The notes under the pieces were generated by a model that saw only the letters and a program-made list of their open reading frames with translations, did not search any database and was not told where the DNA came from. From NCBI GenBank assembly GCA_963924565.1, contig OZ004615.1, positions 6,386,001 to 6,450,000 on the forward strand: a stretch of 64,000 nt of DNA, read 5' to 3'. Source of the stretch: Ascidiella aspersa. Lineage: Eukaryota. Within the stretch, counting starts at the first letter, position 1. The number at the start of each line of letters is the position of its first letter. Below, one piece after another: positions 23,346 through 35,700 of the stretch. Position numbers and translations under genes: made by a program.

Positions 23346-23807
23346 CAGGGTTGCCAGATGTAAAAAATAAAAAAAGCCAAACTTACATTAAAAAAGGCCA
23401 AAAAAAGCCAAATCTACTACAAACTCTAACAAGCCTATGTTTTTCCTTAAATAATTAAAAAATGCAATAAATGGTCATGCTGGTACATTGAAGTTCTCTT
23501 TTTGTGGCAAATTTTCTTAATTTTTTTCTCTTTTAGGAATTTTTTCTAGGCAATTTTTTTTGTTTTCGCAAATTTTTCTTAGCAATTTTTCGCTTTTTGT
23601 GATAATTTTTGAATTTTTTTTCACTTTTTGTGTTAGTTTGATCTCTTCTTAACATAACACTCATGACATTTTGGAATAAAACGAAAAAAGCCTAAAAAAG
23701 CCAAATTTGATTTGAATTTTTTTTTTTTTTTAAATAAAATCCAAAGAGATTCAAAAAAAGCCTAAATTTTCAAATTTGGCTTTAAAAAATCCTCACTGGC
23801 AACCCTG
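23346..23807. mobile_element. hAT-type MITE
   Basis: TIR cagggttgccag...ctggcaaccctg; perfect 8-bp TSD acttgcat; aaagccaaa subterminal repeats. Confidence 0.9.
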
Positions 23808-24175
23808 ACTTGCATTCAACTATACAATGTTTGTCAACAATTAGACATGTTAATAAATGACTGTGTTACGTCACACAGGAAATACAACAATGGGATTTTG
23901 GGAAATGAATTTTTTTTGACATTTTCCAATATTGCTTAATGATGATCTTCTAGTACACACGTTATATTTGGAGGAAAATTATTGTAGCACGAAAATGATA
24001 TTTTATTGCATGCTTGGTACGGATACGTACCGTACTCCCTGTTTGAGTTTTTCGGTGTACAAGGTCCACTTGCACCGAAAATCGAAAACAAGTTCGTCGA
24101 ATTGAAGAACTGTCTCGTAGAAACAGCTCCGTCTTCAGTGGAAGAATTCTGGAATTATTTGGCTTCAACGGTACT

Positions 24176-24240
24176 ATGATGAGAGTCGCCGTTCTACTGT
24201 TACTCGGCATTTTTATAACTGGACGCGCATTCGCAAAGAG
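24176..24240 (+). CDS. signal-peptide-encoding first exon of an orphan or decayed gene (MMRVAVLLLLGIFITGRAFAK)
   Basis: Basic N-terminus, hydrophobic core, AxA cleavage motif, strong donor AG|gtaagc (phase 2). Confidence 0.6.
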
Positions 24241-24650
24241 GTAAGCATATTGTTTTCACGCCTTTTTGACAAAGTAATTTTGAAGTATACAGTGTACTTG
24301 TCTTGCCATTTTTGAATATATAAGCGGCATTTTTATTTTTTGCGGTGTTTTATGGATAGCCCGGAAGATAGTTGGATTATTTAGATTTGGAAGCAAGTTG
24401 AGGAAAAACACTGCGGTAAAAAAATATTTTTATTAAATAAAATGTGACGTTTCATTTCCCGATATTGTTGCAGAAATTCTTAATTAGGCCTATGTTTAAC
24501 CTTTTCGAACGAATATATCGTCATTTATTAATTGAGGCTTGTGTTGTTGATTAACAGTTTGATGTAAGCGAATTTGGCTAATACGCTTCTCAAACAACAA
24601 GCCTTCCTGAATTAAACGAGGGGGGACACAAAGCTCAAAAGATGATTACC

Positions 24651-26445
24651 TAGGCTTGCCATACGTCCCGGTTTAGCCGGGACAGTGCCGGTTTTAAGGC
24701 CTTGTCCCGGTGTCCAGGCCGGTTAACCAATTTGTCCCGGATTTTTCAATTTGAGATTTACCAAAAAAAATTTTAAAATGTAAAAATTCTTGAGTTAGCC
24801 ATTTAGCATTTTTTTCTCAAAACTATAAAAGTAGGCCTAATACTTTTTACTTTATATTTTGGTTGGTAAGGCTGTCAAGCAAATTTTTTTAACATAAATT
24901 AATTATTTTTCCAGCGGGTGAGGTTGCTGGGGCTAGGTCCTTTTTTGTGTGTGGTGAGTAAAAAAATTTAAATGGATATTAGGCCTATCTGGCGGGTGCT
25001 GGGAGATAACTTTTTGAAGGAGGTCAGCAAGCAATTTTTATTTTGCAGTATTATACGTAAGCCGTAGTCGTTGGTCATAAGTTGGTAGAGCGACGGTCCC
25101 GGCTTGACCGAAGGTCGTGAGTTCGAACCTCACTGGAGGTTAGTTGTTTTTCTAGTCTGCTCTGCTTGCATCATAGATCAACAGATTCGGTGAGTCTGCG
25201 ATGGCTTTCGGTGTACTAATTATACGTAAGCCGTAGTCGTTGGTCATAAAGCAGCTTCGAAGGGCTAGATCTCAGCTATTAACACACATATGTGTGAATG
25301 TTTCATTGACACACTGATTGCTTTAATAGAAAAAAGTTTTAATGTTTCCAACTTAAGACTTACATGTTTAAAAACTTCGTGATGTCTGTTACCGCGCAAA
25401 ATTTAGGTAGAGTTCGCAAAATTTCGCATTCAATACGGCGGTTTTAATACTAACCAATTTTCAGTTTTAATCGAGATTTTACTTATGTTGGACGCAATAT
25501 GACACCAGGATTACGTATTTGCTGAATATCACGCCATGCGAACAATGGCTGCTATACAACAAGGTTTTACGTTAGTGAGTGGTTCCTTAACGATATATGT
25601 CACTGGTTTTCGTTACGTAAAATATGTTTGACGTACTTAGCCGTTGGGTATTTACTCGTTTCAATGCAAATAAGCACACATTATTTGCAATTTTGTTTCA
25701 ACAAAATGAAAAATTTTAGTTTGGGAAGACGAACAATTAGATGTTTCACAGTCACGCAGATAAATGCGATAATTTATTAACACGCCATCCGATTAAATGC
25801 TGCTTTCACACAGGCTAAAGACTCTTTGTGGGGAAGTATTTAGTTAACCCATTTCAGGCACAATAAGCAAAAAATAGTCAAGGGACGACCAACATACATG
25901 TTGTATATAACAATTAACGATTGTAGAAATTAAAATGATTTATTTAGAGAAAATTAAAATGTTTACGACGTTACACACTATTTAGCACTCAAGCCAGGAT
26001 ATTACGCTATCCGTAACATTGCTTAATAACATGGAAAATTACCTTTTTAAATCATCGGCAATAACACGCGGCTCAAGAAAATGACGTACAACATAATATG
26101 TAATAGTTCTAAGAGGCCAGCTTGATGGAATCCTACATTTTGTTTAACTTATGCTTGAGAATGATTTGGTCCAGGAATACGAATTGTCATGTAGCCTACG
26201 TACAGCGCCTTTGCCAACATGTACGTACGGCCTAATATTGTTGCTGCATTCACGAGGGCCGCATCCTACTTTACTTATACAAAGTATTTACCCGACTCAT
26301 TTTATTCACAATGCAGAACATTACTTTCCGTTACAATTTAAATTACTTAGACAGCCCACCCTATTTTGTATTAGGTCTACATTAGGTTTATTTGCAGTTT
26401 TCAATATGCGTCCCGGATTTACGTTCCTAAAAAATGGCAAGCCTA
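24651..26445. mobile_element. non-autonomous hAT element, about 1.8 kb
   Basis: TIR taggcttgccat...atggcaagccta; TSD tgattacc/tgaatacc; gtcccgg subterminal repeats. Confidence 0.75.
25050..25249 (+). mobile_element. tRNA-derived SINE-like unit bracketed by 31-bp direct repeats
   Basis: A-box-like agttggtagagcg and B-box gagttcgaacc; repeat attatacgtaagccgtagtcgttggtcataa at 25050-25080 and 25219-25249; related pieces at about 36032-36060 and 46150-46205. Confidence 0.7.
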
Positions 26446-27599
26446 TGAATACCGCACATGAAGGTAGAAACTATAGCTACCATACAATAAGAAACAATAA
26501 GTTCTGTATATTAATGTGTTTGACTTTCTTAAGGAACTTCAACTCAATTGTCCCGATTGGAACTGGTTGCATCGAATAGTTCGACTATGCGTAAGAGTAA
26601 GAGTAAGGGTTTGTTGAAGTCATCAGTGATAATCACCAGCTATCCTGGATCAGATGGACTTGGAGAAAAACCTGACCATACGGATTGCCTAAATTTGGGA
26701 TCTAAAATGCAGCTGCCATTCGAATTCGAAGCGACAGTGTCGGTGAATAACCTAAGCACCAAAGAAAAAAAGAGCACTACTTCAACCGAGGAAGATTGGC
26801 TTCGCTATTATGATGAGGAACTGGCAGAACAGGCAAAATTGCAAGCTGCTTCACACAATCTAAAAGATAGCGATCCAGTTCAAAACAAGCTCAACACAAG
26901 AATTTCAGAAGTGGTTTCAGATCCATTTAGTCTTGTCCTGTCTGCATTCGGTGATTTTTGAGCAATAGCAAATACAAGGTGGGTCATTTTTCGAGTCGTA
27001 TACTGTTTGGTTTATTTTTTAATACTAACATTTTCTTTGGATTGCTGGGCAATTCGATACCTTCAAACATATATGCTGGAAATTTTGGAATTTATCAACG
27101 ATTTTCTCGACAATCTTCCGCTTTTATCGAGCAAAGATGTGGAAGATTTGTGCGATCAAACTCGACTGTTGGCTCCATAACACCAAATGATTCGACTGCA
27201 GTCGCGTTATGGCTGCGCCTTGTTCCCAGACAAGTACTCAAACTTATCGCAATAATAAATAATTTTGTGGCAAACAACAATGTGAAATAACGTATCACGC
27301 TCGTGCGTTATTACATGGTCGATCAAACATTTTTATACATTTATTTTTAGTTTTTAATCAAAATATTAAAATTATATTTTATAGAATATTATGTGGTTAC
27401 TTTCATTAAGGTAGTATAACATATAGCCTATAGCATTTCGAATGGAGAACTAGGCAGACTCCTATGAAAAAAATCATAGGCTGTATTTCAATGTTATTTA
27501 AAGTTAACTATCAGGTTCTCGATTTTGCCAATCGTCGCAGCGGGAATGCGATAAATAGATGTTCAATCATCTACTATACAACATACCCAGCTCTTCCAA

Positions 27600-28119
27600 T
27601 AGAGTAAACCACCAGGTGCAATACGTCCACATAAATTTACGGCATGAAACTTGTCATGTCAAAAGGGTATCTAGGCCTTTTTCAAACCGAGACTCTAAAA
27701 ATTGTTTGAATTCGTCCGAATAAAGTTTGCTGTCAATAGCTCCAAGGCAAAGCACTAATAAAGATGACAAGTGACTGTTCTTTAATTGACGGCGTGTATT
27801 TAGAATGGCCTGGCCGAGCAGTGCCCTCAGAATAACATACACATCACGTAATAGTTGTAGGCAAGTTCTGTTTCTTGCCGCGTACAATTCTCAGATATGT
27901 GTTCTTGGTGAGTTCTACTAGGGCCACCATATTTTCATCACCCAAAAAGAGGACATTTTTTGCCTGCAAGTAAAACGAAAGCAGAATTATTACGTTTGAG
28001 AAAAACGTGCCATATCCACAAGTAAAGCATTCAGCTTCGAAATTAATACGTCCTTTTCTGAAACAAGGATACTTGCGGAGCTCATCAGTAGGCCTAAACA
28101 GAATTTTCCTCTTCAGCAT
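27600..28119 (-). mobile_element. degenerate hAT-like transposase fragment
   Basis: MLKRK...TDELRKYPCFRKGR.NFEAECFTCGYGTF resembles the Zn-finger N-terminus of hAT transposases; stops and frameshifts downstream. Confidence 0.45.
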
Positions 28120-28869
28120 TATAATTTATAGCTTATTTTGCTTTATGGTTGTCTAAATTTAGAGAAGAATAAAAGCATCTGCTGAGAACCATCTGTATGG
28201 CATAGAGCCGTGTTTCTTAACCTTTTTTTCAGCCGCGCCCCTTTGGTAATTTTCTTTCCCCCCATCGATTCGCGCAAACAAGTAGGATCCCCCTGTTGCT
28301 AGCCTGTTATCCAAAGGCTATATAAAATACGGATAAAAAATAGTTCGAACGATGGATCAGTTTTATCGTTTATCTATAAGTTAGCAAAACCATAAATAAA
28401 TAGGGCCGTTATACCTTCGATGATATGAAAACATGCAATGGCAGTGGCACTCAAAGAGGCTTTGTGCTAAAATAAGTTAACATAAGTGGAAAACAGAAGA
28501 TTCGCGGGAAGAAAATTTGTTTGCCGTTTTAATGTTAATAGTGTACAACCCACGAAACCATTAGAATCATTGCAAAAATTTTAAATATTACCCCAGCCTA
28601 CCATGCAATAACTTTTTCATTTTCATCTCTTGAATGCGCCGAACTGTAAAAGTATCATAGAGATAAATGCTTAAATCCCTTTCTCTACTGTCGGCGTCAG
28701 TTACACATGAATAAGTATGTGGAAGTTGAATTGGTGGAACGTATTTATTGACTTAATGTAAGCTAGGGAAGCAAAATTACTGTGATTGTAGTAGGTAGGC
28801 ATGTTAGCATAGGGGCCGAACTTTCAAAATTCCAGGGAGTAATTTTCTAGACAGTGCACAGAAGAAGTT

Positions 28870-29147
28870 GGGCGCTCTTTCACTTATGTACGTAAAAATT
28901 AATAAAAAAAAACTTTCTTCAAATGCCGTATATCCCAACGCATATTGTTTGGGTTAGGGTGTGGGTTAGCGTTTGGTTGAGGGTGGGTCAAGTTATTATT
29001 AATAATAAACGTAATATTACTTGACCCACCCTCACCCAAACGCTAACCCGCTCCCTAACCCAAACAATATGCGTTGTGGTTGGTATGCGGTAATATTTTG
29101 TTTTGTTTTTTGCATAACTTTTCACGTACATAAGTGAAAGAGCGCCC
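28870..29147. repeat. near-perfect inverted repeat containing GGGTTA-like units; same family as about 42860-43066
   Basis: gggcgctctttcacttatgtacgt...acgtacataagtgaaagagcgccc; arms contain tttgggttagggt...gggtgggtcaagt. Confidence 0.8.
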
Positions 29148-29673
29148 ATAATTTCTTCCTGACAACTTCAATTTTGACAACGGTTTCCTTACTCCAATAA
29201 AGTGGTGGGATTGTAGACCAGTGCTTCTAGTTGTGTTGTCATAGATGTAAAAGCTTAATTCCAGGGTTGGCCAGTCTGCATTTTGTGACAGTGGGCATAG
29301 TGTAACTGCAGTGACAGGTGCCCACCCACGATTAAAGCGTAAAGTGCTGTGAATTGTATGCTGGAGGGTTGGTATTAAATTAAATTTTGCACTCGCCAGT
29401 CATATGGTCTGTACGAATTCATAATCGCCAAAAATGATACTACATTTTTTGAGCCTTGATTGCACACCTCAGATACTGGCATGAAGTGCTATGAAAACCA
29501 GACTGGGCCACAAGTGGTATCATTAGTGATTTCCACTATAATTAGCCTTCAGTTTTGAGCGTTTAACAAACTTGCAAAATCTCAACACTTTCAAAATCTC
29601 AACCCTGAATCCTATAATTTACCTGAACTATTTTTTTTTCTGGATAAGTAACAAGACTAAATTAATATTTAAA

Positions 29674-29730
29674 ATGTCTTATGGTTACCCACCTTCCGGA
29701 GGCCAAGGTTATCCACCTCAACAGCCACAG
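29674..29730 (+). CDS. annexin A exon 1
   Basis: [19 protein letters not shown]|gtatgt. Confidence 0.85.
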
Positions 29731-32700
29731 GTATGTATTTGTATAAATAATAGCAATAACATTTATTGGCATATAGTTTAATTTTTTTCCCACGTTTATG
29801 AAATTCGTAAAATTAATAACATCACAGTAATTCTGAATATTTTCTATTATTACAGACATTGGTTTTTGTAAACTTTATAATTGAGAATTTTTTGTTTCTA
29901 ATCAAATGCTAAATTTTATAAAATATATTTTGTAGCATTAACCCATAATTTAACTTAGTAAACCCAAGTTATTGGCAATAATTTTTTTTATATAGACGAA
30001 ACAATTTTTATTTTATTTTTTAAAATATACAAATTTGTAGGTTCCAAATAATACAACTTTGAAGTTCTCAAGCGATTTTTTATATATATACCTGGGAAAT
30101 GTCCAAAATTTGAAATAATTAAAAATAGAATCAAAATACATTTTATTATACCTTTATTAATCATTAAACTATTATTTTGCATATTAACTTGGCGTGATGC
30201 TAAAACCCAATTTTTTTTTTGTTGAACAGGAAAAATTATATCATATTTTTGTACTAAAATATCGGCCAAATTTCGGCCTACATTTACCTATACTGCAATA
30301 TCGGTAGAAGCCAAATATCGGCCGATATTATCGGTGAACCGTCATATCGTCTAACTCTAATCCAAAGGACACTAACCACAAACTGTACAGTTCTTAGAAA
30401 ATTGCTCACGAAATTTGTTGCATGGAAAAGTAAAGTCTGATTCTTAAATAAATGCAAAATTATTTTTAGGGCGGTTACCCCCCAGCTGCTGGCCAACAGG
30501 GAGGTTACCCACCACAGAACCCCGGGGCCTACGGCGGTCCGGGTGCTTATCCTCCTGCTGCAGGTGCAGGGTACCCCCCGGCAGCTGGGGGATACCCACA
30601 AGCAGGCGGATACCCCCAGGCAGGGGGTTACCCACCGGCAACAGGGGGAGGATATGGAGCCCCACCTGCCCAGGGTGGAATAGGTAAGCAATACTTCCAT
30701 TTACTTTCTGCCAACATTTGAAAGTGTGAACAGATGCAATGTTGAGCACATTAACCAATAATTTTTGGTAGTGAAGGGTTTTTGTCCTTCCCGTTTAAGA
30801 AAAAAGACGCACATGTTTTGCACACCATATTGATTAGGCATAAGGGTTTATCAGTGGTTCTTAACCTTTTTTGGAAGTGTGCGCCCTTCTAAAAATGTTC
30901 TGTGCCTTTCCCATAATAATATGGTACTGGATTGGCACTGTTTTAGATATCAACTTTGTATTGAAAGAGTAGCTATACTAATACTTGGCATTATATATCA
31001 GTTTCAAATATTATTGAAGATCCCTAGTTTAAATCATGAAAGCTTAACACAGTTTAGGTATTAAATTTTGGACACAACTGTTATACATGGCCCGTAAAAA
31101 CGTCTGACACTTTTTTAATACATATAACTCAAGTCATCACCATAGAACTTTATAATGAAATCTGGAACTATTACGCCCTTCTAAAATCCTTGGTGATGGG
31201 GTTTTATGTCTTAAAATGTCGTTTTTGTTCGTCACTAACTGAATCAAGGTTTTCTGGAAAGAAGTTTAACACAGTGTGCAGAAAATGCACTTTGAGTGAC
31301 ATACATAACCCATCTATATGCTAAGCTAAACAGATAATGAACACCGAACGAAAAATAATCCAATTTGGATTTTCTAAAAAAAATTAGCACACAGTCACCA
31401 AATGCCAGCCAAGCACGTAAATCCACCTATTTACAATGTGCATCCTTTGGAATTTTACTAATATTTTGTTCCATTAAGATTCTTTTCGTTTTGCTTAGCT
31501 TAGTAGTGAAAATTGTTGTAGAGAAATTCTAAAACACTCCTCGAGCAAAAGTTTTTTCTAAGAAGCATAGGCTATAACATTTTGGATATCAGGGACTTAT
31601 TGCTCTCAGGCTTAAAGTCTCTTAGTAATGAAGTTGGTAGCACGGCTGTTGTAGCAAAAACGACCATCTACTGTAGGTTGTCTCAGTTTTATTTTGTTAT
31701 GTCTTATTACCAAGTTAATCTTAACCAAGTTGTTTTATTTTAATCCTAATATAAGCAGTTTTGACTTGTTTTTTGATAGAGACTCATCTCTAGTAAGGCT
31801 GTTTAAATCTGTCTGAAAAAGTGGTTTTGAACTTTCGTTTTGCTTATTAACTCTGTTCAATGTTAAACTTTATCAGGGAGAATTCAAGACTTTTATGAGG
31901 AGGAAGTGAAACACGCAGTGGGGCATTATGTGGTATAGGCCTCCTTGCTCAATCTAAAAGCTTAAGTAAAATTGTCCCTTAATGACATCATAAATGATTC
32001 ATTGCTTGTCGTTGGTCACTCAAATTTGAAAAGATGTGTGACAACATTACTGATTAAAATCTAGCAAAAACCAACGCAAAAATCCTACTTTGTTTTAGGT
32101 TTCGAAGGAGTTGCACCACAACCAGGTGGACCTCAGCAAGCGCCAGCGCAAAACTATGGTTACCCTCAGGCTGGTGGATATGGTGGCTACCCCCAGGGTG
32201 CACCCCAACCCCAGGGTGCTTACCCACCTGCGCCGGGTGCACCACCACCGCAGGGTGGGTATGCTTCCGCCCCACAACCAGGCTATGGTGGGGCACCACC
32301 CCCACAGGGTGGGTATGCCCCAGCCCCTCAGCAGGGGTATAGTGGGGCTCCTCCACCCCAACAACAGCAACAGTATGGCGGGGCTCCCATGCCAAACCAA
32401 CAACAGCTTTATAATCAACAAGCACAACCTGGTAATCTATTTTTTAATATATAAATAGAATAAATGTTAACACCTAATGATTTTTCGGCTAGCTGTTTTT
32501 AATTTCCAGTTAAAGTTCTGAAATAATTTTTGCAGTTAGTTAGTTTATGGGGAAGTCTCTCCATTAGTAATTTTACTAGCAGCCTGGCCTTTTAAATAGA
32601 ACAAATATCTTTATTGGTTTCCAGCAAAACAATTGAATTCTTGTTCAGTTATTAGATAGTTTTTCAATGGATTTTTTTTATTTTACATAATGCTTTAGGC

Positions 32701-35700
32701 AGCTGGCCATTTTAAATAAAAATCCATGTCATTCGAGTTCATTTGCATCCCCAGGCAATCTGCTACCAATGGCCACTCAGGTCTTCTCCTTTACATACAT
32801 ACACAATTAAATATGTTGCCCTGCCCATTACTGGGATATCATATATTTACAAACTAGACAACTTGAACAAAAAAGCCTTGTGTGTTGTGTAATTTTTTTG
32901 ATAAGAGTTTATGTAAATAATAGTTTTGGGCTGTTACAATTCCAATGAGAATGTTGTTATTTTGGTGTAATTTTACGATTTAAATCAGAGTGACAAACTG
33001 ACAATATGACAGGTTTTGTTTTGATGACGAACCAAGGCACTGTAGTGAACTCATCAGGATATGTCATTTATTTGTTGTTCAACAAATCGTTGTTTATTCT
33101 TTGTTAATACTTGTTGGTCAGGGTTGGCAGTGGTTTGAACATTTTTCTGAGCGAAATATTTTTTTTATTATTGTGTGATTATAACAAAATACGGCTTAGC
33201 TGATTGTTTTAAAAGCTATTCCTAGTGTTAGCCAAGATTGAAAGTATTCTCAAGGTTTACCATTAGTGAATCTTTTAATCTGGAATATACACACTCCTTA
33301 ATAAGTTTTCAAATCACAATTTGAATATTAAAATTTGTTACGTTTTGTTAAAGTCATTTGTTAATTTAATCTACCTACAATTTGCGTTTCTCCATGTGTA
33401 ACAAACCAACTTTGGCATAAATGTGCACTGTCTATTTTGTTCTTCATATGTGGCCTACCATTTAAGTTTTATTGAATTCAACATACCAACTTTTGCAGAA
33501 ATCTACATACTGCTAAACCTTAATTTGTTTCTTAGCCTATGGTGCTCCAGCCGGTGGACAGCAAATGGCCAAAGTGAGTGGCGCAATGGCGTCAATGAAA
33601 ATCGCAACCCACGGAACTGTCAAGCCATTTCCAGGGTTTAATGCTGAAAGTGATGCACAGGTCCTGAGAAAAGCAATGAAGGGCCTCGGTTTGTAATAAT
33701 ACATTTTGTTTCTCTATAGTAATTTACTGGTGTGTATTCCATTAAGGTGAAACTTATAAGTAACCAGGTTATTATGTACCTTAAATGACACTCTGTTTAG
33801 TGAAGAAAGGTGTTAACTTTTTTGTTATTTACACATTGTAGTCTAACGTTACACATTGTAGTCTAACTCACTTTAAAGTTTACACTTTCCAAATGGTATG
33901 TTTATATATTAGGTATATATACTTGATAATTTGCTATCCCAAGTTTAGTTATTATTATTAATGCAAGTTTGACAAATCTACCATTAACATGCTACACTAA
34001 AATAGTTTACCAACTGTTTCAATCTAGGTACTGATGAAAAGACAATTATCAATATTCTCGGCTACCGCACCAATGATCAGAGACAAAAGATTAAGACTAT
34101 GTACAAGCAAGCTTATGGCAGGGTAAGTACTTTTTACAGCATTATCGGGCGTGTTTTGCTAAATGATAACATTTCTTAAGTGGTAGCTGAACTGTTTAGT
34201 AAAGAGGATCGGGTCAAAATCCGTCAAATCCAAGTTATTTAAATATTGTAAGAACTAGAGCTTTTATGATCTTAACTAAAATGTGTGGCTTCCATCAAGA
34301 AGCAATATTTCAATAATGTTTATTTGAGGAATGGTAATTTTAGGTAAGCACCATTTTAGTTTCGGTTACAGGTAAGGCAATTTGTTAAATAATAGTGAAA
34401 GCACTAAAATAGTCCATTTTAAACAATCGATATAGTTTATTGAATGTGTTATTTATATACATTCTATACATGTGACTAAAGGGGATAACAGTTACAAAGG
34501 CCCATGTGTTTTAACCTGATGTATAAACTATTGTATGTTGAAAAATCTATGTAAAAACTTCATTACATGACCTTTCTTCTTCAAATATAGCCACAATATC
34601 TTACAGAATAGCACGATTGTTGTGGTATATTTCCACACTTTTTGTGAACCAACATAACTTTTTATATGCTTGATGCTTTTGAGTACTTAAGTCTAAAATT
34701 CCGGTGGTATCTCTTGTTTGTTTAAGTTGTTTGGCAAGTGAACAGATACTGATTGGTGAACGGTGTTTTCCTATAGTTTCGGTTCTTCACTTTCATGTTA
34801 ATTATTAACGTTTCAAATAAAACCTTCATGCTCAGTTAAGATAAACTTGGAAAGGTGTTTTAAAAAACGGGTTGAAAAAAGTATTCATAAATCATAATAA
34901 AAAAAATATAACATTATAACCAGAAAGCTTTCTAACATAAATCTAAATTTGGCATTTTGATTCTGCATTCCCCAGAATTCTACTTTCGATGAAGGCCTAA
35001 GTATATTTATTCTGACTTATTTCATGGAGTGAATAATATACTTTTTCCCAGCATAACAAAAATATCTTTCCCTATACATCTTCAGGATTTGGTGAAAGAC
35101 CTAAAATCAGAGCTGGGCGGTAATTTCGAAGACACAATCTGTGCCCTTATGATGACCCCGAGGGAATATGATGCCTACTGTCTTCATGAGGCGATGGCAG
35201 GAGCTGGCACAACAGAATCGGTAAGAGCTTCGTGTTTTACCAATTAGAGGGTATACATAACATCACATCCATTTATTATGTACTGAAGTAAATATTCGTA
35301 ATCTTATATACGAGATCCGATGTTCGATAATCGTTTGCTGCATGCAAAAAAAAAATTCATGCAAAAAAAGTTAATTATATTTAAATTTAGTCTAATATAG
35401 TGAGTTGTCATTTCACGGACCTTGTGCTTTATATTAAAACTAACCATTCTACACTTAAACAAGAGTACCAAAAAAACTAATAGTGATAAAGCAATTCATT
35501 TAGATTTGCATATGTAAAATATTTTATTTGTCTAAAAAATAGTTTGCTTTTTAAATTACAATTTTTTTTCCACTTGCCCGTAGGTCTTTAGTGATAGATT
35601 TGGCTGGATATTAGTTTATTTATATACTTTATTGCTTCAAGGAACCTTGATCACAATAATATTTGGATTTTTTTTTTTTGGGAATCTTAAGTAGTGTATG

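Larger units (their letters stand above)
24176..27290 (+). pseudogene. orphan secreted-protein locus, probably disrupted
   Basis: Signal exon; exon-like 25465-25574 with an in-frame TGA; acceptor at 26533 followed by about 140 open codons; further open segment to 27290 behind a GG (non-AG) acceptor-like site. Confidence 0.35.

Noticed and set aside
25081-25140. tRNA gene
   Set aside because: A and B boxes are present but there is no complete acceptor stem or cloverleaf, and degenerate copies occur elsewhere; treated as a SINE.
25464-25540. Annexin-like words VLIEILL...VFAEY in another frame
   Set aside because: Spacing does not fit an annexin repeat, the frame contains a stop and the acceptor is out of phase; probably chance.
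27095-27298. Minus-strand ORF with a signal-peptide-like start
   Set aside because: Starts at GTG, has no splice support, and overlaps the plus-strand orphan locus.
30284-32458. Several overlapping antisense or alternate-frame ORFs
   Set aside because: Shadows of the GC-rich GYPP exons of annexin A.
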